64,000 nucleotides of DNA from a virus. This document shows, piece by piece, positions 49,275 through 59,749 of the stretch. Both the position numbers and the translations under genes were made by a program. The notes beneath the pieces were generated by a model. That model did no database searches. It was not told where the DNA came from and saw only the letters and a program-made list of their open reading frames with translations. Position 1 is the stretch's first letter. Each line of letters begins with the position of its first letter. Location of the stretch: positions 34,406-98,405 of the IMG/VR virus record IMGVR_UViG_3300025769_000077; one strand, 5' to 3'.

Positions 49275-51533
49275 CTAATTTTCTTTATTATACTCATATT
49301 GTGAGATATTAAAGAACTGTTGCTTTAAGTCAGCTTCAGTGAACTTATCAAACATAGTACCTGATTCATTAGTTAGGTTATATAGACCATAACTTCCATC
49401 GTTTTGTTTTGTATATATTTGGAATAATTTATTTCCATTATCATCCATACCTGCAGTTCTAATATCAATACTTAAAGGTCCTTTACCTGGTATATTTATT
49501 AATGTTTCTTCATGATCTCCATCAACCATATTAAGTACTTTAACAGGATCATAAGCTGTACCATAAAGTAGGTTATTTCTTAATCTTTCTCCTGTTGATC
49601 TACCTCCGGATGTTATATCATAACTCATATCTCCTTCTCCGTCATATGACATTGAAGTAGCTAGTCTTAAGAATTTACTGTTATCGGTAATATGGAAACT
49701 AAAGTTTTCTTGTTTTAATCTTACTCCATCTACAGTGGTTCCGTCATCATTTTTTCTTTCACCATAGTATGTAATCTGTACAATAGGATAACCAGTTCTA
49801 GGATCTACCTGATCAGTTAATACAGCTTCTTTACCTGATATTGTATAGTCTCTACCATTGAGTGAATAAGTGTTTCCATCTAAATCATTATCTTTTTCCC
49901 ATATATCTATTTGCATTCCATCTCTTGAGAATGAAGTAAGTTCTGATGTTTCTAATGCTTTATTTACTTCATTAGTTACTTCTGTGATAATAGATTTAGA
50001 ACCATCTTTTTCATCATCGTAAATAAGAGTAGGTGATTTATATATAGCTAGACTTTGTTTTTCTTTAACTGCGTTTTCTAATGCTTTTTTTCTAGAGTTA
50101 TACGCATCTTCTAAAACATCTTTAAATGCATCCCATTTGTCTGCTTCAAATTTTTGTTTTCTTACTTTTTCTCTAGAATCAGGATCTTTTAAATCACCCA
50201 TTAAACCTGAGTCAATGACAGGTCTATTACCAAATGAATTAACCATTGCATCTTCAACACTCATATTACTCATTAAGCCTATAGCTTTTCTCATCTTTTC
50301 ATTTATTTTTTTCATTTCAGGTTTACTTCCTTCTTCATACCATCCATCAATGTTAGAAAACTTTTGTATTAAAGCTTCTTGGTAGTCTTCCATATCCACA
50401 AAATTTATTAAGTCTTTAACACCTAATAAATTAAATCTTTCTTCTTGTTTAGCTATTAGGTTTTCTTGTAGTTTCTTTTGATCAAGTAATTGTTGATATC
50501 TTCCATTTAGTTTAAAGTTAGGATCATTTTTCTGAATGGTTGTCATTTCAGTATTTATATCCTTAATTAACTTTTTAGCATTATCTAAGTTTTTTTCCAT
50601 TTCTTTGAATGTCTTAGGAGTTAACATTTCTGCTTTACCTTGTGAGTACATTCCACTTAGAATATTTAAATTCTCTTGTCCTTTTCTCATTGCAGTTCTA
50701 GTTGCAGTGTCAAATTCCATATCAGTTTTAAATGTAGTAAAACCACTCTTTAAAGATTGTCCTAAGTTATCTGCAATGTCTTTGATTATTTTACTAGGTT
50801 CTTCTCCGTTCAAATATTTTTTATTAAAGTTTAAATAGTTTAAAGCTTCATTATCGTTACTTAATGTAGTTTCTACAGCTTTAGATATTGCTTCTGCAGT
50901 TGTTCCTTTCCATCCTTCTGTTTGATTAATCCATTTACCTGGATCATTTGGATCTTCAACCCACCCTGATTCTTTTAAATATCCTGATGGATTTTGAGCT
51001 GCAGCTTTTGCTATATCTAAACCTCTTTGTCCTACGTTAACCATAGTACCAGGAGTAATACCTTGATAAGAAGAACCTTCTAATACTCCTTTATAGTTAC
51101 TTAAAGATGCAGCTCTTGCTGCTTCTATTTGGTTCATATCAAACTTACCTGACGCTATCATCTTATCAAGCATATCATGATGCTTTAACATACTAGCGTA
51201 TTCGTTTTGCATTTTATATGCACTACCTCCAGGATTAAGTTCTGAATCTCTCATTCGTTTTACTTTTAAAAAGTCACGATAAGAATCTTTACTTATACCT
51301 TCGTTGAGTATTTTATCTGTAACAGAAGATTTTTGTTTAGTAAATTCTGATCTAATTCTATCTGCTTCTTCAGTATCTGCTCCTAAGTTTTGGAAATCCA
51401 AAGCTTGAGATTCTATTGCAGCTAATGTTTTATCATGACGCTCTTGCTGTAATTGTAAAGGCATCATCATCTCTTGCAATGTACTTGCTTGATAGATTGG
51501 TCTAACTTGTCTTGAAAAATATCTTCCTGCCAT
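49275..51533 (-). CDS. virion cargo/ejection protein
   Basis: 752 aa, no Cys seen; position between C1-like cargo and vRNAP. Confidence 0.7.
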   Translation of the reverse strand: MAGRYFSRQVRPIYQASTLQEMMMPLQLQQERHDKTLAAIESQALDFQNLGADTEEADRIRSEFTKQKSSVTDKILNEGISKDSYRDFLKVKRMRDSELNPGGSAYKMQNEYASMLKHHDMLDKMIASGKFDMNQIEAARAASLSNYKGVLEGSSYQGITPGTMVNVGQRGLDIAKAAAQNPSGYLKESGWVEDPNDPGKWINQTEGWKGTTAEAISKAVETTLSNDNEALNYLNFNKKYLNGEEPSKIIKDIADNLGQSLKSGFTTFKTDMEFDTATRTAMRKGQENLNILSGMYSQGKAEMLTPKTFKEMEKNLDNAKKLIKDINTEMTTIQKNDPNFKLNGRYQQLLDQKKLQENLIAKQEERFNLLGVKDLINFVDMEDYQEALIQKFSNIDGWYEEGSKPEMKKINEKMRKAIGLMSNMSVEDAMVNSFGNRPVIDSGLMGDLKDPDSREKVRKQKFEADKWDAFKDVLEDAYNSRKKALENAVKEKQSLAIYKSPTLIYDDEKDGSKSIITEVTNEVNKALETSELTSFSRDGMQIDIWEKDNDLDGNTYSLNGRDYTISGKEAVLTDQVDPRTGYPIVQITYYGERKNDDGTTVDGVRLKQENFSFHITDNSKFLRLATSMSYDGEGDMSYDITSGGRSTGERLRNNLLYGTAYDPVKVLNMVDGDHEETLINIPGKGPLSIDIRTAGMDDNGNKLFQIYTKQNDGSYGLYNLTNESGTMFDKFTEADLKQQFFNISQYEYNKEN

Positions 51534-53014
51534 TATTCCTTGTATTTAACTTTTCCTATTTTATCTAACATGTAATCATATACAGAGTTAGCTGTATTAC
51601 GATCCATTCCTTCTTTACCTATTGATCCTATATTTTGTCCGATAAGTCCTATTTGATCAGCAACTGCACTTTGATACATATCTAAATCTCTATCATTAAT
51701 GTCTTCTATTTGAAGTTTCATTCTTAAGTTGTTAGCATCTTGAGTATAGTTTGCATTCTGTACTCTTGCTAACTCTTGTGCATCTAATGCGTCTGATTGC
51801 ATATTAGCTTGAGCTAAAGATTGATTAGCTCTTGTGTTCAATCCCATACGAGAAGCTAAGAATCTAGCAGAGTTTCCACCACTTGCATCTCTTATGTTCC
51901 TAGAAGCAGTTGCTTCTGATTGTCTTATATCTCTATTAATCTGTTCTCTATCTACAAGATTAGCTTCAAACTCTACATTACTCATAAAGTCATTAGCGTC
52001 TTTCATTTCAGGTTTACTTCTAGTTAACCGGTATAAGTTAATAAGGTTAGAAGCTACTGGAGCCATTCTCATATAAGGATTAGCTTGATCCATGAATGTA
52101 TTTTCATCTGTATTTGGTTCTTTAGGTTTAGGTAAATTTTCATCATAAATAGGATTTTCTATATCTACATCATCAAACTCAACATTAGGAGTAGGAGTTT
52201 CAGGTTTACTAAACCCAAAGTCCATATTATTTACTATGTCTGAATCTTTATCTAAAAAATATGAATCTTTATATTTATCAAATGCTTTAGTTGTTAAAGG
52301 ACCAAAGTTTCCATAACCTTTTCCTTTATTTAAAGTTCCATTATCATATCCATCAGCCCATCCTGGTTGATTAATATCTAACCAGTCTTGAAAGTCTTGA
52401 GTTTGTTTTGTTTTCAGTGGACCTCCTAATGCCATGGTAATCTTACCACCATTAGATTTAAGGTAACCTCCATACTTCTTAGAGAATTCATTAAAGTCAT
52501 TATCCATAGCTAACATTCTTTCTGCTTCATGAGCTTCTTTTAATCTACTTAACTCTTTAATCATAGACTTTTGAGCTGTAGTATCATCTTCTCTACCTTT
52601 ATATTTATTCTTTATCTTCTTAGACGCATCTGCATAAGACATGTTACCTAAACTAAAACCTAGTTCTTTAGCTTTATCTTTAGATATCTGTAGTCTATTA
52701 GAAAATATATAGTTGTCAAAATTAGTTTCTCCTTCTTCTACTAAGAATTTACCTACTGGTATACCACCATTAGGATTCTGTTCATGAGTACCTCCACCTT
52801 CATATTCAGTAAGAGGACCACCATTAGCCATAATGTTATTCATTATAGATGAAGTCAATGCTCCTGCAGCTGCTCCACCTATTCCAGGTAGTAACATATT
52901 ACCTAGAGCTGCTGCTCCTACAGGTAACACAGCTTTAGCTGTATCTTTTAATACGTTACCTACTACGTTAGGGTTCTCTGCTTTTTGTTGTTGAGGTGGT
53001 TTATAATATGCCAT
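51533..53014 (-). CDS. crAss cargo protein (C1-like)
   Basis: GGTHEQNPNGGIP...VEEGET...IFSNRL and xxGG motifs; N-terminal glycine-zipper hydrophobic segment. Confidence 0.75.
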   Translation of the reverse strand: MAYYKPPQQQKAENPNVVGNVLKDTAKAVLPVGAAALGNMLLPGIGGAAAGALTSSIMNNIMANGGPLTEYEGGGTHEQNPNGGIPVGKFLVEEGETNFDNYIFSNRLQISKDKAKELGFSLGNMSYADASKKIKNKYKGREDDTTAQKSMIKELSRLKEAHEAERMLAMDNDFNEFSKKYGGYLKSNGGKITMALGGPLKTKQTQDFQDWLDINQPGWADGYDNGTLNKGKGYGNFGPLTTKAFDKYKDSYFLDKDSDIVNNMDFGFSKPETPTPNVEFDDVDIENPIYDENLPKPKEPNTDENTFMDQANPYMRMAPVASNLINLYRLTRSKPEMKDANDFMSNVEFEANLVDREQINRDIRQSEATASRNIRDASGGNSARFLASRMGLNTRANQSLAQANMQSDALDAQELARVQNANYTQDANNLRMKLQIEDINDRDLDMYQSAVADQIGLIGQNIGSIGKEGMDRNTANSVYDYMLDKIGKVKYKE

Positions 53015-53019
53015 AACTG

Positions 53020-53027
53020 CAAATTTA
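53020..53027 (-). promoter_or_regulatory. Bacteroidota sigma70 -7 element (TAAATTTG)
   Basis: exact TAnnTTTG 5 nt upstream of the ATG at 53014. Confidence 0.65.
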
Positions 53028-53028
53028 A

Positions 53029-56000
53029 TTAAATTCCATTAGGTTCATAAGAGAAGAAGAATTTTAAATGTCTGAACTTAAGTTTCTTAAATCCATCATT
53101 CAAGAATGAGAACTTAATAAAGAACCTTAAATCTCTTAATCTATCACTTCCTCCTTCGTTCCTTGGTATGAAAGCTCTCCACATTCTTAATCGTCTACGT
53201 GCGATATCAGATACATTCTTAACACCGGTATCTTGGTGATCAGTATAGAAACGAACAGTATCAAAAGTTACATCAGGTTTATCTATTCCTAACTCTTTAA
53301 CTTCTGTATCCCATTCTATATTGTTACCTACCTTAGTTACAAATGATTTAGGTGAAGACAATATAGTTACATCAGAGTTAACATAAGTACCGTAGTATTT
53401 ACCTAGTTCTCCAATACCTTCTTCCCATACACTATCTTTAGCGTTAGATTGCTGAGGATCTAATAGGTCATTATTAGTTACACTATATAGTTTGTTTATG
53501 TTTATCCACCAAGTAGGACAAGCATCTAATAGTGTTTCAAACAATCCTAAGTTCTCATTCAATACTAAAGTAAATGAATCAGTATCTTGTTTAAATGTAA
53601 AGAATACAAGGTTCCTTAGTCTATCGTAACCGGTTATGATACCTTTAGCTTTTGTATGCTTATCAAGTAACTTATCTAGTTGTACACTCTTATTTAGTTC
53701 AGACTTTATACCGGTAGCAGTAGATATTTCTGTACCATCGATTGTCTTAATTTCATTATCATATTCATCAAAGTAATAAAGCATCTTAGCTCCTTTGATA
53801 ATAGACCATCTATGTTTACATCCGGTAGATGTAGATAGATACTTAAAGTCATCTAATATTCCTCCTGTACCAATTACTGCATCACCTTCATCTGATTGAA
53901 CAGTATATCTAGGATTAATAGATAGAACACCTATTGCATTATCCTGGAAGTAAATAAGATTATCATTTAATTCTGCTATATGATTAATAGGTCCATAAGA
54001 ACCATTGATGTCTAAGAAGTTTAATGCAGGAAAGTTTAACCAACTATCTACTGACTCATTTGGTATCTTAGAGTTAGAAGCTCTTACAGTAGTCTCAAAG
54101 TTTGTTACAGTATTTGTAGTATCGTTATTGAAGTTAGTAATGATGTTATTTTGTTTCTGATAAATTTCATTTACCTTATAGTTACGATTGTTTCCATTAC
54201 CATCAAATTCTCTCCAGTTGTTTTTAATATAATCTATTCTATCAGCAATTCCACCATCAACAATTAAATTAGTCATATCGGTATCTAAGTGTTTACTTAA
54301 ATCATAGTCTGTTTCTACAGCAAGTAATACTGAATTAGTTCTACATACACTACCTGATCTATAATAAGATGGAAAGTGGTTCCATTCAGAAATAAATGTA
54401 TCTCCATATTTAGCAGTAACTGTTGCAGTAGAACCTGACTTAGCTTTAAATTCAGATGCAGGTATATAGTTGTTATTAAATCTTACATCGTAGGTTTGTC
54501 CTCCATATTGGTTAACTAAAGGTTTTTTGTAATTAACACAATGTAAGCTATAAGTACTTACTGGAAAGTCTGGAACTTCACTTGCTAATACAAATAAAGC
54601 AGTTCCTTTTCTTTCATTAAATATGTAGTCTACATTAAGTATATTTACATTTTTTTGATGATTTGAATTATTAATTGAGTAAGTTCCGTTTGATAATACA
54701 CCTGACTCATCTGGTTTTAATAAAACAGTATCTTCTATGTCAAACGTTCTTTCATCAAAACCAGCTGTTTGTATTAAATATTTTTCAAAATTATAAATAT
54801 CTTTTGCACTAGAAGCACTATAATCTGTATCAACATCTTTCATTCCTGCGTTTCCAGTGACTGAAGATCCTTCATAATAAACTAATCCACCAACTACTCC
54901 ACTGTTGTAAGAACTTAACTGTTGAGAGTAATTAAAATAATTATCTGGTGATTGGTTTATTGTTTTATTTATTGATATTTCTGGACTATAAAATGCAAGA
55001 ACTTTATTTTCTACAACTCCCCAAAAACTTATAGGTGATTCTCCAAACTGAGCTTCTCCTCCATTTACAGAATTCATTAACTCTCCTACAAACTTATCAT
55101 TACTAAATGATGAATGAGAAGGATTGTTTGTTATATTAGTAGAATATAAAACTAATTGAGTTGCTGTTACAGATAATCCAGGTCTACTGTTTACAAACCA
55201 TATTGTATCTTTTCTACTATCAGGATAACTTGGATCATTAGGAATATATACCCTATCTCCACTTGAATAATCGTTAGGTTCTTCAAATACATAGAAATCA
55301 TCTCCTTCAAGCATTTTTAAATAGTTTCTTCCTGAAGGATATAATTCATCTAGTTGATAAATAGTAGGTAACATATAACCTTGAGAAAGAATAGTTTTAT
55401 CTACATCTGTTCTTTCTACTCTTACAACTTCTACTCCTTGACAATCTGAAGGTAAATTTTTAAACTCAAATACAGGATAAATATAGTTAGAGTTTGCATT
55501 ACCTGAACTATGTTCAGTGATAGGAGATGACTGCGCACTTGGCATTCTTAAATCACATATCCATTTAGGTAAAGATTTACGTCCTTTATTATCTATAAGA
55601 ACTACTGCTACTCTATATATCTCATCTCTTCTCCAAGATCTTTTTTGAGAATTAATAGGGTCTGCAGTTGAATTAGTACTGATAACAGCTGCTGTATTAT
55701 TACCTACTGAATTATCTAATCTAATTGATTCGGTAGTAAAACTTATTGTTACATTAGGACCAGATGCACCTAAGTTTTCAAAAGCAGACGTTGAACTACT
55801 TTGTTTATACATTTGATCAGTAGTAGGATCAAAATACTTATTAGCATTGTCTGGGTTTATACAATCATAATTATCAGGTATGTTTTGACCACCTGATTGA
55901 AAACCTGTGCCTAAAGTTACAGTTTGTCCATTATGTAATATATCAGTAGTAGTAGAGTTTACAGGAAATCTATAAGCTCTTGAATCCCAATCAGGACTAT

Positions 56001-57072
56001 ATACTTCTTCTGTGTAATTGTAAGCAAATAATCTTTGATCTTTAATTACTAAACCTTGTGGTTTGAATGAATTCTTACTTATAAGAGTAAATGCTAATAA
56101 GTCAAAAGAATACAAGAATAAAGAACCATCGTCTGTAATAGATAAGTTTTGTGCATTTACTTGATCTACTATTACTGAAATAGTTGGTACAGTAAGATTA
56201 TCTGTGTACAGTATTCTAAATACTCTAATCTTATCCCATTGTGTATCTATGGTTATAGATAAGTCAAAGCTTTTATTTATAGTCTCAGTTGACTCATTAC
56301 CTTGGACTAATGAGTCACTAATAGGTATAGGATTAGTTACAGGAGATAAAGCTGATTCTGAACCACTAGTATTGTAATACTGATAAGCATATTGAACGAC
56401 TCCTGCAGAGAACGAACCACTTCTACCAACGGTATCAAGCGATATATTAGTGAGTGAAATATTTCCATTTATGTCTATTTTATTTACAGGTAGTTTATAA
56501 GCGTTACTATCTGCTATGTTTATTGATCTAAGTTCATTAACACCATCAACCCAATATACTTTTTGAATAGTAGATGATTCATAATTACCTATTGCTTGAA
56601 TAGGATTATCCATAGAAAAGTTAAGTACACCAGCGTAAACTAAATAAGGATTAGTATCTCCTGGGTTATACTTCCATATACAACCAACTCCGCCTAGTTC
56701 AGAATTAGTTGTAGTAAACAGTATAAGAGTATCTCTTATAAAAGTATATCCTACAATCTTCTGTCCTGTATTAGAAGCAGGTGATAATTCAGTCGTAGTA
56801 GAAGCTAAGTCAGCAAATGAATATGTCTGTAAAGCAGACTCTCCAGGATGTTTAACATTAAGTTGTCCATCACCTATAACTATAACTTCTAATCTAGGTA
56901 GAACGAATTTGAATTCATTTCCTTTAGGTACAGTAATATCACCTAACTCAGTGTCTTCACTTACAGTTAAAGTAATATTATTTCCTTCCCAGTATACATT
57001 AGGTTGTCTTTTACTAGAAGACAAGTCCTTGTTCATACCTCCTTCAAAACTATGTAATGTTCCTTCTAGCAT
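53029..57072 (-). CDS. tail stabilisation / muzzle protein
   Basis: 1347 aa; FEGGMNKD, KVYWVDG, RDEIYR, YGGQTY, GDTFI, RLRD motifs of the crAss muzzle/stabiliser family. Confidence 0.85.
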   Translation of the reverse strand: MLEGTLHSFEGGMNKDLSSSKRQPNVYWEGNNITLTVSEDTELGDITVPKGNEFKFVLPRLEVIVIGDGQLNVKHPGESALQTYSFADLASTTTELSPASNTGQKIVGYTFIRDTLILFTTTNSELGGVGCIWKYNPGDTNPYLVYAGVLNFSMDNPIQAIGNYESSTIQKVYWVDGVNELRSINIADSNAYKLPVNKIDINGNISLTNISLDTVGRSGSFSAGVVQYAYQYYNTSGSESALSPVTNPIPISDSLVQGNESTETINKSFDLSITIDTQWDKIRVFRILYTDNLTVPTISVIVDQVNAQNLSITDDGSLFLYSFDLLAFTLISKNSFKPQGLVIKDQRLFAYNYTEEVYSPDWDSRAYRFPVNSTTTDILHNGQTVTLGTGFQSGGQNIPDNYDCINPDNANKYFDPTTDQMYKQSSSTSAFENLGASGPNVTISFTTESIRLDNSVGNNTAAVISTNSTADPINSQKRSWRRDEIYRVAVVLIDNKGRKSLPKWICDLRMPSAQSSPITEHSSGNANSNYIYPVFEFKNLPSDCQGVEVVRVERTDVDKTILSQGYMLPTIYQLDELYPSGRNYLKMLEGDDFYVFEEPNDYSSGDRVYIPNDPSYPDSRKDTIWFVNSRPGLSVTATQLVLYSTNITNNPSHSSFSNDKFVGELMNSVNGGEAQFGESPISFWGVVENKVLAFYSPEISINKTINQSPDNYFNYSQQLSSYNSGVVGGLVYYEGSSVTGNAGMKDVDTDYSASSAKDIYNFEKYLIQTAGFDERTFDIEDTVLLKPDESGVLSNGTYSINNSNHQKNVNILNVDYIFNERKGTALFVLASEVPDFPVSTYSLHCVNYKKPLVNQYGGQTYDVRFNNNYIPASEFKAKSGSTATVTAKYGDTFISEWNHFPSYYRSGSVCRTNSVLLAVETDYDLSKHLDTDMTNLIVDGGIADRIDYIKNNWREFDGNGNNRNYKVNEIYQKQNNIITNFNNDTTNTVTNFETTVRASNSKIPNESVDSWLNFPALNFLDINGSYGPINHIAELNDNLIYFQDNAIGVLSINPRYTVQSDEGDAVIGTGGILDDFKYLSTSTGCKHRWSIIKGAKMLYYFDEYDNEIKTIDGTEISTATGIKSELNKSVQLDKLLDKHTKAKGIITGYDRLRNLVFFTFKQDTDSFTLVLNENLGLFETLLDACPTWWININKLYSVTNNDLLDPQQSNAKDSVWEEGIGELGKYYGTYVNSDVTILSSPKSFVTKVGNNIEWDTEVKELGIDKPDVTFDTVRFYTDHQDTGVKNVSDIARRRLRMWRAFIPRNEGGSDRLRDLRFFIKFSFLNDGFKKLKFRHLKFFFSYEPNGI

Positions 57073-57802
57073 ATGAGTTATTGTAAAAACTTTCTTCTTT
57101 GTTATCGTACTTATTAAAGTAATGCCATGAATCTAATTTAGGTACTAACCTTAACATATAGTTTCTAAGCATTTGCATTTCATCTTGACTAGGAGTTTGA
57201 ATAGAATTCTGAGCTGAAGGTATATACCAAGCTCTTTCTTGTTCAGACTTCTGATATACTTTATCTAATAGTAAACCTTTTCTCCATAACTTATAGTCTA
57301 CTTTTTCTTGTATATAAGCTTTTACACCTTGTTTGTATCTTTCATTATCCGGTATAAGAGGTAACCCACAAGAAGAAGTAGGTAAACATAGGTAAGTAAC
57401 TATTACTGAACCACTATCGAAGTTAGTGAATATGTATCTATCTTTTACTTGATATTCATAATCAAATATACTAGGAGCTTCTGGTTGAGTATGATCTAAG
57501 TGTTTTATACTATTAGATAGTTTCATACGTCTACCTGACTCTTTTTCTTCTACAGCTTCTAATCTATAAAGATCATCAGGTAGTACACCTCTATAATTAG
57601 TAATAGTTATAGGATCCGGATGATGAAGTTTTTCATCTCCGTTTGTAATCTTTGTTATTAAGGAACCAGGATATCCTATAAGCTCAATAGCTTCACCAGC
57701 CCATTCTGCCATATCAGAAGGGTTGAGTTCTTCTTTGTGATCACAATCTCTGTAGATCCTTTCAATTATAGATTCTAGTTCAACGTATTTAAAATTCCAC
57801 AT
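57050..57802 (-). CDS. tail ring / tubular protein
   Basis: EWAGEAIELIG...LPDD...TNF...Y...GLPLIPD; adjacent to muzzle gene. Confidence 0.75.
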   Translation of the reverse strand: MWNFKYVELESIIERIYRDCDHKEELNPSDMAEWAGEAIELIGYPGSLITKITNGDEKLHHPDPITITNYRGVLPDDLYRLEAVEEKESGRRMKLSNSIKHLDHTQPEAPSIFDYEYQVKDRYIFTNFDSGSVIVTYLCLPTSSCGLPLIPDNERYKQGVKAYIQEKVDYKLWRKGLLLDKVYQKSEQERAWYIPSAQNSIQTPSQDEMQMLRNYMLRLVPKLDSWHYFNKYDNKEESFYNNSYARRNIT

Positions 57803-58304
57803 AATCGTAATAAGTAGGTTTTTTAGGAGACTTTAATGCTTTGTTTAACTCAAGATTAAAACCTCTAGCTGGAACAAAGATACGATGATTTTGTCCTTTA
57901 TAGTTAGCTATAGTTTTATCGTATAATATTTTACATACATATCCATCTGTATGGTTATTCTCGTGGTAAAATATTTTAAGGTTATCTATTTCTTTAAGGG
58001 AATGTTTTACTTCATTATAAGTCTTACCTGGATTCTTCTCCATATAAAACTTAATAGTCTTATCCCAATCAATAGGTAAACCTCTTATTTTACCATCTTT
58101 TACTTTTAACTTTTGTTTCTTTCTCTTAATAGAGATAATACCTAATCTAAAAGGTAGAACAAACTCATAGTTATTCCATATAATTCTACTTTGTACTTCT
58201 TTAAAGAAGTTCTTTATTACTCTTCTATAGGTTTTTAAGTCTACAGGATTCTGAGCATTTTCTTTATAGTATTTATAGAAGTCTAATATCTTATGGGAGG
58301 TCAT
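57789..58304 (-). CDS. IHF/HU-like protein of the crAss structural module
   Basis: basic; FVLPFRLGIISI...IDWDKT...HTDGY. Confidence 0.7.
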   Translation of the reverse strand: MTSHKILDFYKYYKENAQNPVDLKTYRRVIKNFFKEVQSRIIWNNYEFVLPFRLGIISIKRKKQKLKVKDGKIRGLPIDWDKTIKFYMEKNPGKTYNEVKHSLKEIDNLKIFYHENNHTDGYVCKILYDKTIANYKGQNHRIFVPARGFNLELNKALKSPKKPTYYDYVEF

Positions 58305-58962
58305 TACTATCGTTCTTTTTATCTTCAGGTATTTGCATAGTTTGACCTAGTTGTTGTATAATCATACTTTCTAATTCAGGTATCATATCTGCAGAGATAG
58401 GATACTCATAATCGTAGTCAGTACAATCAAGACTTTTATTCTTAGCGTCTACAGTATCACAGTCTTCAAATAGACCTCTTACTATAATCTTATCTAAGTA
58501 TCTATATTCTTTACATCCTAAAGCTCCTTTTACATAAACATAGTTATTGAATACGTAAGAGAAAACTTGATTCTTATTATATCTTCCTTTTCCGGAATAT
58601 ATAGATTGAGCGTATGAAACAATATTAAATCCTGGATCATATAAGTTTAAAGAACCTATTCTAACTATTGATAGTTTATCTGCTATCTTAAGTAATTTAG
58701 GTAGCTTATTTACTGAGCGTAATATATTCTGTCCTACTGTTAAACTAGTATCCATAGATGCATCGTATTTGTTTACATCCATAGTAATAGTCTGTAGATC
58801 TATTTCACTAAATCCCTTACCTCGTTCAGCTCTACGTTTTAACAATAAAGCTCTAGTGTTATCTATATGATAAGAGATAATCTCAGCATTGTAGTTAGTA
58901 TCATCAGAATCAGCTTGTCTAAGCTTTTCCATGATAGAATATATGATCTCTGACTTAAGCAT
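58291..58962 (-). CDS. tail ring / structural protein
   Basis: SDD...RALL...LPK...GLFED...YPI...DKKNDS pattern typical of crAss ring proteins. Confidence 0.7.
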   Translation of the reverse strand: MLKSEIIYSIMEKLRQADSDDTNYNAEIISYHIDNTRALLLKRRAERGKGFSEIDLQTITMDVNKYDASMDTSLTVGQNILRSVNKLPKLLKIADKLSIVRIGSLNLYDPGFNIVSYAQSIYSGKGRYNKNQVFSYVFNNYVYVKGALGCKEYRYLDKIIVRGLFEDCDTVDAKNKSLDCTDYDYEYPISADMIPELESMIIQQLGQTMQIPEDKKNDSNDLP

Positions 58963-59726
58963 TATTCATGTTTTACAAATAAATTTGTTCCATCACTGAA
59001 TAAACATACTTTACCATAATTACTATTAATAACATAAGTAGCTGCACCATCTATGGTTTCTGCACCTTGTGTTGCAATAGTAATATTATTAGCAGCAGCG
59101 TTACCAGTTTCATCTTTAATGAACCATTCTCTACCTGCTTCTATGTCATCAGATTGAATAGTAAGAGTTGAAGCTACACTGTTTGTATTAACAAGTGCAT
59201 TGTAAACATTGGAACCGATATTGCTTGTTGAGTTATAATTATTTACTTTATTTACTATCTTACCATTAGTAGTTAAACCTCCATTAGGTATTGAAACATT
59301 TTCATTGGTATCTATAGTAATAAGTTTAACGTTATTTCCCGTAGCTAACTCAGTTCCACTATCGGACTCTACTGAATATAGTAACTGATCTCTTACTCCT
59401 ACTTTGGTAAATCTTTGATTTACTGCAGCATCAGGGTTATTGAATATTTGTAAAGGAGCTTGTTCATTAGCTGCACCTTTCATTAAAAGACCTAATCCAC
59501 TTCTTTCAATAATAATTATACCATCTCTGATAGTAAGGTCTCCTAATATGACATCACCTCCTTTAGATACTTTGTTGTTAATTGCATCTGATAATGATTC
59601 TGCAGATACTATTTTATCTACTAATATATGCTTCTTTTTATTATCCCTGTTATCAAAAACTTCTATTGCTAAGTAGTTACTTTGACCATCAGGTAATTGT
59701 TTTAAAATTGGATTTCTTTTAGACAT
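58962..59726 (-). CDS. tail-fibre-like structural protein
   Basis: VSKGGDVILGDL and C-terminal IKDETGNAAANNITI...ETIDG...SDGTN domain. Confidence 0.6.
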   Translation of the reverse strand: MSKRNPILKQLPDGQSNYLAIEVFDNRDNKKKHILVDKIVSAESLSDAINNKVSKGGDVILGDLTIRDGIIIIERSGLGLLMKGAANEQAPLQIFNNPDAAVNQRFTKVGVRDQLLYSVESDSGTELATGNNVKLITIDTNENVSIPNGGLTTNGKIVNKVNNYNSTSNIGSNVYNALVNTNSVASTLTIQSDDIEAGREWFIKDETGNAAANNITIATQGAETIDGAATYVINSNYGKVCLFSDGTNLFVKHE

Positions 59727-59740
59727 AATTTAATTTTTAA

Positions 59741-59748
59741 CAAATATA
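59741..59748 (-). promoter_or_regulatory. Bacteroidota sigma70 -7 element (TATATTTG)
   Basis: exact TAnnTTTG 14 nt upstream of the ATG at 59726. Confidence 0.6.
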
Positions 59749-59749
59749 C

